The position numbers were made by a program, and so were the translations under genes. Positions 39,898 through 45,904 of a stretch of 45,904 nucleotides of DNA are shown piece after piece (positions within the stretch are counted from its first letter, which is position 1; every line of letters starts with the position of its first letter). Source of the DNA: Rickettsia sp. (GTDB taxonomy: Bacteria > Pseudomonadota > Alphaproteobacteria > Rickettsiales > Rickettsiaceae); contig JAIFLQ010000017.1 of NCBI GenBank assembly GCA_020048975.1, positions 1 through 45,904 of the forward strand, written 5' to 3'. The notes under the pieces were generated by a model, which worked only from the letters and a program-made list of their open reading frames with translations, searched no databases and was not told the origin of the DNA.

Positions 39898-41698
39898 AAT
39901 TAATGAGCCTGGAACGGCTAATCTGAAAGATGAAATAGTAGTAGGTATTGATTTTGGAACTACTAACTCTCTGATTGCTTACTCTAAAAATCATCACCCA
40001 AAAATAATTAGGAATTTAGGTAACAACGGTCTTCTACCTTCCGTAATATTTTATGATGATCTAAATGATAGATTTTTAATAGGAAGCAATAGAGACCAGA
40101 AAGGAGCAATTTTATCAATAAAAAGACTTCTTGCTAAATCGTATCATGATATTCAATCAACAAAATCTTTACACAAAATATTATCAGATTTTGAGTTAAT
40201 TAATAGCGCCAACTCTAGTCCAAAACTCAAATTTCAAAACAAAGAATACAGCTTTCCTGAACTTGCTTCTAAAATATTTTTATGTTTAAAGGAACATGCA
40301 GAACTAGAATTTGGAGAAGTTATAACAAAAGCTGTTGTATCGATTCCAGCTTATTTTGATGACGCCTCTAGGGGGGGTGTTTTGCTTGCTGCTAAAATAG
40401 CTGGTTTTGAGGTGTTAAGACTAATTGCAGAGCCAACGGCAGCAGCATATGCTTATGGATTTCATAAAAAGCCCAAAGGCACCTATATGGTTTATGATCT
40501 GGGAGGCGGTACGTTTGATATTTCAATATTAAATATGCAAACAGGTGTTCTGCAGGTTGTTGCCACTGGGGGGGATAATTTATTAGGTGGCGATGATTTT
40601 GACCATATCTTGGCTCAGTATATTGCCAAAAAATTGAATATTGATTTAACACCTAGTTTGCATTCAGAGTCCAAAAAGATTAAAGAAATATTATCTTCAA
40701 ATAATAGTTTCATATTAAATACCTATGATAAAGCAATTGAAATAACTAGGGAAATTTTTGAGGAATTAATTTCACCACTGATCAACCAAACTATTAAAAT
40801 AGCTAAAAATACTTTGTTTGATGCTAATATTAAACTTGATGGAATCATATTGGTTGGTGGGGCGACTAGAATACCTTGTATTTCTGATAGTTTAACAAGG
40901 ACATTTGGTGTAAAGGTCTTTTCAGATATAGATCCTGATAAAGCAGTTGTTATTGGTGCTGCTCTGCAAGCAGAAAATTTATCATCAACTTCTACTCAAA
41001 ATTCATTGCTTATCGATGTATTACCATTATCTGTTGGTCTTGAGCTTTATGGAGGTATAACCGAGAAAATTATCATGCGTAACACTCCCATCCCTTTTTC
41101 TATTAGTAAAAATTTTACTACTCATGTAGATAATCAAACTGGAATACAATTGCATATAGTTCAAGGTGAAAGAGAGCTGGTGGATGATTGCAAATCTCTG
41201 GCTCATTTTGAATTAAAAAACATCCCCCCAATGAAAGCTGGCAGGGCGCAGGTAGAAGTAACTTTTACAATAGATGCTGACGGCATCCTATCTGTTGCTG
41301 CTAAAGAAAACTCCAGTGGAATAGTACAAAATATTGTGCTAAATCCTAGTTACGGATTAAGCCAGATAGAAATCAATGATATGCTAGAAAACGCCTTTGA
41401 AAATGCTAAAAACGACTACGAAACTAGACTTTTAATAGAAACTAGAATCGATGCTAAAAATCTAATCGCAGGAATTGAAAAAGCGATAGAAGAAACGCCA
41501 AATATTTTGAGTCTTATTCAGAAAAAAGAGATTACTGATCTAATAAACTCTTTACAAAAAGCAATAAATTCTGATAATCGTGATAAGATACTCCTGCAAA
41601 TCGAGCAATTGAATAAATTTGCCGCTAGTTTTATTGAGAAACATTTGGATATTGGAGCTAAAATGCTACTTGAGGGTAAACATATAAAAGATCTTTAA
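39884..41698 (+). CDS. hscA: Fe-S chaperone HscA
   Basis: GIDFGTTNSL, EPTAAA, DLGGGTFDIS; lies between hscB and fdx. Confidence 0.95.
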   Translation: MQIIEINEPGTANLKDEIVVGIDFGTTNSLIAYSKNHHPKIIRNLGNNGLLPSVIFYDDLNDRFLIGSNRDQKGAILSIKRLLAKSYHDIQSTKSLHKILSDFELINSANSSPKLKFQNKEYSFPELASKIFLCLKEHAELEFGEVITKAVVSIPAYFDDASRGGVLLAAKIAGFEVLRLIAEPTAAAYAYGFHKKPKGTYMVYDLGGGTFDISILNMQTGVLQVVATGGDNLLGGDDFDHILAQYIAKKLNIDLTPSLHSESKKIKEILSSNNSFILNTYDKAIEITREIFEELISPLINQTIKIAKNTLFDANIKLDGIILVGGATRIPCISDSLTRTFGVKVFSDIDPDKAVVIGAALQAENLSSTSTQNSLLIDVLPLSVGLELYGGITEKIIMRNTPIPFSISKNFTTHVDNQTGIQLHIVQGERELVDDCKSLAHFELKNIPPMKAGRAQVEVTFTIDADGILSVAAKENSSGIVQNIVLNPSYGLSQIEINDMLENAFENAKNDYETRLLIETRIDAKNLIAGIEKAIEETPNILSLIQKKEITDLINSLQKAINSDNRDKILLQIEQLNKFAASFIEKHLDIGAKMLLEGKHIKDL

Positions 41699-41730
41699 GT
41701 TATTATACTGCGATTATTAAATAAAAAATT

Positions 41731-42069
41731 ATGGCATTAGAAAAAATAAAAGTAATTTTTATCGAAAATGATAAAGAAATAGAAGTTGAAGCATTAGTTG
41801 GCTTATCAGTTTTAGAAGTTGCACACAATAACAATATTGACTTGGAAGGAGCGTGCGAAGGATCACTTGCTTGCGCTACTTGTCATATAATTCTAGAAGA
41901 GAATATTTACAACACAATAGAACAACCAACAGAAGCAGAAGAAGATATGCTTGACTTGGCCTTTGGTCTTACACATACTTCAAGACTTGGGTGTCAGATA
42001 ATTCTGACAAAAGAGCTCGATGGTATGAAAATTAAAGTACCTTCAGCCACTAGAAATATATCAATTTAA
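41731..42069 (+). CDS. fdx: Adrenodoxin-type [2Fe-2S] ferredoxin
   Basis: [25 protein letters not shown]. Confidence 0.96.
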   Translation: MALEKIKVIFIENDKEIEVEALVGLSVLEVAHNNNIDLEGACEGSLACATCHIILEENIYNTIEQPTEAEEDMLDLAFGLTHTSRLGCQIILTKELDGMKIKVPSATRNISI

Positions 42070-42078
42070 GAATTTATT

Positions 42079-43077
42079 GTGATACGTAAAATAGTTCTAG
42101 CTCTTGTAGTGTTTTTTGTACTTACTTGGATTATTTTTGCACATTTTGCTAAATCCAAGGTTGTGTCATTTATTAACAACTCTCAAACCGATAATATTAA
42201 AATATCTTATAACGATGCTAGCATAGCTGGGTTTCCTTTTGGTTGGAAAGTGCGTTTTGCTTCGCCAAAAATTACTATAATAGACCAGGCTATTTCTCGA
42301 GAAATAACCAGTGATTATTTAATTTTTAGTTTTAGCTATAAACTGGGAAATGCCAAATTAGATTTTGGTAAAGTGTTACTTTACAGCAGTGCAAACGACG
42401 AGGTACCCGTAGAATATAAACTGCATAGCCAAGATGATATAGTCGCTTTTGTTGATTTTACCGATGTGCTTTATAACATTGATTCATCAAGCTCTCTTAA
42501 GAAAGTTATTAAAAACATAGAATTTACCAATCCATCTATTGTAGCCTTTACAAATAATGGCGATGAACTATTTGACCTTTCTAGACTTACACTAAAACTC
42601 AATAGTAGTCTTATAGACATGAACCAGACTTTTTCTCTAAAATTATCTGGTAATTACAAATCATCCTTTAATGGTCGCGTAGTAAATAATGCAGATTGTG
42701 TTTTAGATGCTAACTACATTATAAGTGATAATAGTGACAGTAAGGCTAATAGTTTTGATCATAAAATTGAACTAATACAGGCGAAGATTAATCTTGATAA
42801 TGCTTCTTGTGACTTAAAAGGCTTTGTAGCCTTAGCTCGCAATAGTTTACCACAAGGAAAAATATCTGTTGAACTGGTAGATTACGAAAATCTTGTAGAT
42901 GTTTTATTACCTGAAGACTTCATTTTTTCAAAACCATATACAAAACGTTTTATTGCAAAGGCAGCAGCCATTGAGTTTAGTAATGAAGTAAAAAACAAAG
43001 TCAATTTTGACATTGAATTTTCAAATAAAGGCATCTCGCTGGGACGTGTTAATTTATTAGAACAAAAAGATAATTAA
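42079..43077 (+). CDS. Membrane-anchored hypothetical protein (DUF2125-like)
   Basis: N-terminal TM followed by a GFPF motif and beta-rich sequence. Confidence 0.65.
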   Translation: MIRKIVLALVVFFVLTWIIFAHFAKSKVVSFINNSQTDNIKISYNDASIAGFPFGWKVRFASPKITIIDQAISREITSDYLIFSFSYKLGNAKLDFGKVLLYSSANDEVPVEYKLHSQDDIVAFVDFTDVLYNIDSSSSLKKVIKNIEFTNPSIVAFTNNGDELFDLSRLTLKLNSSLIDMNQTFSLKLSGNYKSSFNGRVVNNADCVLDANYIISDNSDSKANSFDHKIELIQAKINLDNASCDLKGFVALARNSLPQGKISVELVDYENLVDVLLPEDFIFSKPYTKRFIAKAAAIEFSNEVKNKVNFDIEFSNKGISLGRVNLLEQKDN

Positions 43078-43097
43078 ATATTTTACAGAGGTTTATT

Positions 43098-43611
43098 ATG
43101 AGAAGCATAGATAGCATATTTGGTGATAGAACATGTAGCAAATTTTTGGACAAACCAGTGTCTAAAGAGATACTAGTAAAAATTTATGATTTGATGAAAA
43201 TGGGACCTACATCTGCAAATGCCTGCCCTTTACGTATAGTTTTTGTACAAAGCACCTCTGAAAAAGATAAACTATGTAAAACAGCTATGGAGGCTAATAT
43301 TGCAAAAATCAAATCTGCCCCAGTTGTTGCTTTATTTGCCTATGATATGAAATTTTATGAAAAAATGGACAAGCTGTACCCAACTGGTAAATTTTTGCAG
43401 GATTTGTTTGCTAAATCTAGTGAAGATGCCCTAGATAGGGAAGCTCTTCGCAATTCTACTATTCAAGCTTCATATTGCTCTTAATGAGTTGTTTTTTAAA
43501 AATACTAATTATAGAATTAATTTCATTTGTAATCTCGGCTATAAAGATGGTGACAACCCTTATCCTAGATTACCAAGATTAGATTTTGAAGAAGTTTGCA
43601 AAATCTTATAA
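43098..43611 (+). pseudogene. RutE-like nitroreductase (malonic semialdehyde reductase) with an internal deletion and frameshift
   Basis: GPTSANACPLRIVFV...RNSTIQASY then a stop. Another frame resumes ALNELFF..INFICNLGY..PRLPRLDFEEVCKIL*. The conserved ARxxGLDCGPMSGFD segment is missing. Confidence 0.85.
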
Positions 43612-43631
43612 AAAAAGATAGAAAATGTAAA

Positions 43632-44861
43632 ATGCCTGAAATAATACAATTTATCAGTACAATAGGGATAAGCCTTCTTGGTATTATAAAGGTTACTTTT
43701 CGTGATTGGCATGTTAGAAAATTTATTAATTTTTCAAATTTACTAAAACTAATTTTCTTATATAGTGCTTCCTTGATTTGGATAATTTTTTTTGAAATGG
43801 ATTATTCAAAAAATTTTTGGTCTAAAGCCATAGAAGGTAATTTTTCTGAAAGAAAGTTTTCATTTTATACTACTCGTGATCGAATCGGCGAAGGAGTGCT
43901 TTATGACCGCATGGTTGTTACCGCTGATAAACTAGCTTATGATTACAGCGCATTTAAATTCCCTGAATCTCTGAGTCGCTTTTGGCTTACATCTCATTTT
44001 TATAAAGCAAGCACTAGTATTGTAAACTACATTTTTAAGCCTCAATTCAACTTAGCACTAACTCATCATGTTAGTATTTTACCAATTGGTTATAATATTA
44101 CTTATTTAAACATGCCTCTAGATGCTCTGTTTGGAAGTGATGGGGACTTTTTACCTCAATGGGATCATTTAGAACAATACGATGCATATGTTGATTTATA
44201 TAGCCTAGTTCATACGAAGAATGAGTTGTTACAAAAGGTAATTAATATAACGGGTGAAAATAAACCAATAATAGCTTTATACTTTGCAAAAAATGAAGAG
44301 ATTTATCAAGCTCTTTCATTTGATAGAGCTCTAATTACAGGAACTTTATGGGGATGTAATAGGAGTAGTTTGAGGGTTGCTCAGAGCCTAAAGAAATTAG
44401 CGGATAATGGTTTTTTAGTTGGAATCGGTGTAGAAGAGTATCTTGACTTCTTAGGAAAAGCGTATTTAGGTAAAATGGAAAGTTTCGGTAATACTCTTGA
44501 GAGCTTACAAAGTCAACAACAAAAATATGGTATTGCTTTAATAATTCATAATCAGGAACATATGCTAGATGGTATACCAACCTCTAGAATTGCCGAAGCA
44601 GCAGCTAGCGGGGCTTTAATAATCTCAGATCAAAATAAATTTTTGATAAATTTTTTCGGCGATAGCGTATTATACTACGATGCTTTTGCAGATAGCGACC
44701 AGATTTACAATGATATTAAATCACATATTCAGTGGGCAAGAGCTCACCCAAGTAAAGCTCATGCAAAAACTCAAAAAGCTTACAAAATTTTCATGGATAA
44801 TTTTACCATGGAGAATCAGCTTGATAAGCTATTCGCTATTATCGAGAATAGTTCAATTTAA
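43632..44861 (+). CDS. Membrane-anchored glycosyltransferase (GT-B, CgeB-like C-terminus)
   Basis: N-terminal hydrophobic segments; SRIAEAAASGALIISD..F...FFGD motif. ATG 43632 preferred because the earlier TTG lies in the pseudogene tail. Confidence 0.75.
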   Translation: MPEIIQFISTIGISLLGIIKVTFRDWHVRKFINFSNLLKLIFLYSASLIWIIFFEMDYSKNFWSKAIEGNFSERKFSFYTTRDRIGEGVLYDRMVVTADKLAYDYSAFKFPESLSRFWLTSHFYKASTSIVNYIFKPQFNLALTHHVSILPIGYNITYLNMPLDALFGSDGDFLPQWDHLEQYDAYVDLYSLVHTKNELLQKVINITGENKPIIALYFAKNEEIYQALSFDRALITGTLWGCNRSSLRVAQSLKKLADNGFLVGIGVEEYLDFLGKAYLGKMESFGNTLESLQSQQQKYGIALIIHNQEHMLDGIPTSRIAEAAASGALIISDQNKFLINFFGDSVLYYDAFADSDQIYNDIKSHIQWARAHPSKAHAKTQKAYKIFMDNFTMENQLDKLFAIIENSSI

Positions 44862-45314
44862 TTCTAAATCTTCTACGCTTCCATCTAAATCTAGAAGCAT
44901 TGTATAAACTTCTAAATGAGAGAATTTAGACTGCAATGATTTCTTGGCTTCTTGCATCACTTCAAGATGAGTTTGTGTTTCAAGTTCTCGTGTAGTTGTG
45001 TGCTTAGAACCTTTTATTAACTTAAAAGCACCGCAGTCACGATGATCCAATAATATTATTCGTTTGATATGATGTAACTTGCGCAACATATCAATCATTT
45101 CCTCTACCATTTCTTTCCAATTTAGGTGAGCATCTTTTGTCAATGCAAGAGAAGCACCTGGGATTGAGACTTCATCATAATCATCTAATAAATTAAATTT
45201 CTCTATCATTAACTTCTCTGTTTTATCACGAAGACGAAAATCCACACAGGAAATAAGTAATGTTGAAGCTGTATGTTTCTTTTCAGAGATATTTTTCTGA
45301 GTTTTAGTTGTCAT
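44853..45314 (-). CDS. Minimal beta-type carbonic anhydrase-like protein
   Basis: CVDFR and HRDCGA zinc-ligand motifs; PGA loop. Confidence 0.8.
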   Translation of the reverse strand: MTTKTQKNISEKKHTASTLLISCVDFRLRDKTEKLMIEKFNLLDDYDEVSIPGASLALTKDAHLNWKEMVEEMIDMLRKLHHIKRIILLDHRDCGAFKLIKGSKHTTTRELETQTHLEVMQEAKKSLQSKFSHLEVYTMLLDLDGSVEDLELN

Positions 45315-45724
45315 CTTTCTCTAAATATAATTATATAAATAGTTTATCTATAACTGAAATTCAATCTTAAAGGTAGTTATATGAATTTATAAACTGACAA
45401 TTATAACAAGTCACTAAAATTGTTAGTTAGCAGCTACTTTGTACATTAATATCTACCGTAGCAGCGCAGATAAGCTGCATACCGCCAGCGATGGGCAGAA
45501 ATGTAAAGTAAAACTAGATAATGGTCCTACAAAATTTCTATGGTACTTTACGTACCTTTATGTAGATAGACCCCTTATACAAAAAGAAAAAAGCCTCTTG
45601 ACAAAGAGTTATAAACAAGGTAAATATAGAAGTTAAGATATATTAATAATTTAACTTAGCAAATTGACCATTTGTTAACCTTACTTACTATAAATATGTA
45701 AATGAAATAATATATAGGTACAAT

Positions 45725-45904
45725 ATGTCTAAATTAGTGCAACCGAATACACAAGCTGCTCAAAAGGGGCAGGCAGTAGTTATTTCACCTGCGGCAGAAA
45801 GAAATGATTTAGTTATCACTCAAGATTTGTTTAATCATTTTGTTTCTCCATGGGAACAAGGGTCAGTAATGACAAATGCTATAAAGTTAATATCATATAT
45901 CAAT
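45725..45904 (+). CDS. Hypothetical protein, N-terminal part; runs off the window edge
   Basis: 60 open codons MSKLVQPNTQAAQKGQAVVISPAAERNDLV... after an AGGT SD-like motif. Confidence 0.6.
   Translation, partial: MSKLVQPNTQAAQKGQAVVISPAAERNDLVITQDLFNHFVSPWEQGSVMTNAIKLISYIN

Noticed and set aside
45439-45636. 65-aa ORF
   Set aside because: TTG start, no SD, no motif, and it overlaps the predicted hairpin.

Overview
AT-rich window from a Rickettsiales (most likely Rickettsiaceae) chromosome; the taxon is inferred from gene content and from RPE/CGTC-type palindromic repeats. Most of it is housekeeping: obgE, peroxiredoxin-dprA-topA, pal, iscR-iscS2-iscS-iscU-iscA-rsmA, bioY, pyrH-frr-nusB-rlmE, and nuoG-N followed by birA-trmJ-hscB-hscA-fdx. 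Accessory items are a partial GIY-YIG nuclease next to a palindromic repeat, an ExoU/VipD-like patatin, and an isolated GTA-like portal/small ORF/terminase trio. There is also a LuxR-HTH/TIR-like/TM/NB-ARC/TPR locus split by a T8 frameshift, with a divergent small ORF that resembles its TIR-like segment. Further items are a lipoprotein 2H-phosphoesterase, vapBC with a perfect 42-bp palindrome, a nitroreductase pseudogene, a glycosyltransferase and a minimal beta-type carbonic anhydrase. At least eight copies or fragments of palindromic repeats were seen. One forms a 66-codon ORF overlapping both nuoG and nuoH, and one is nested inside a TA-ended MITE-like element. No rRNA, tRNA, CRISPR array or transposase was recognised. 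All assignments come from motif recognition by eye, not from database searches.
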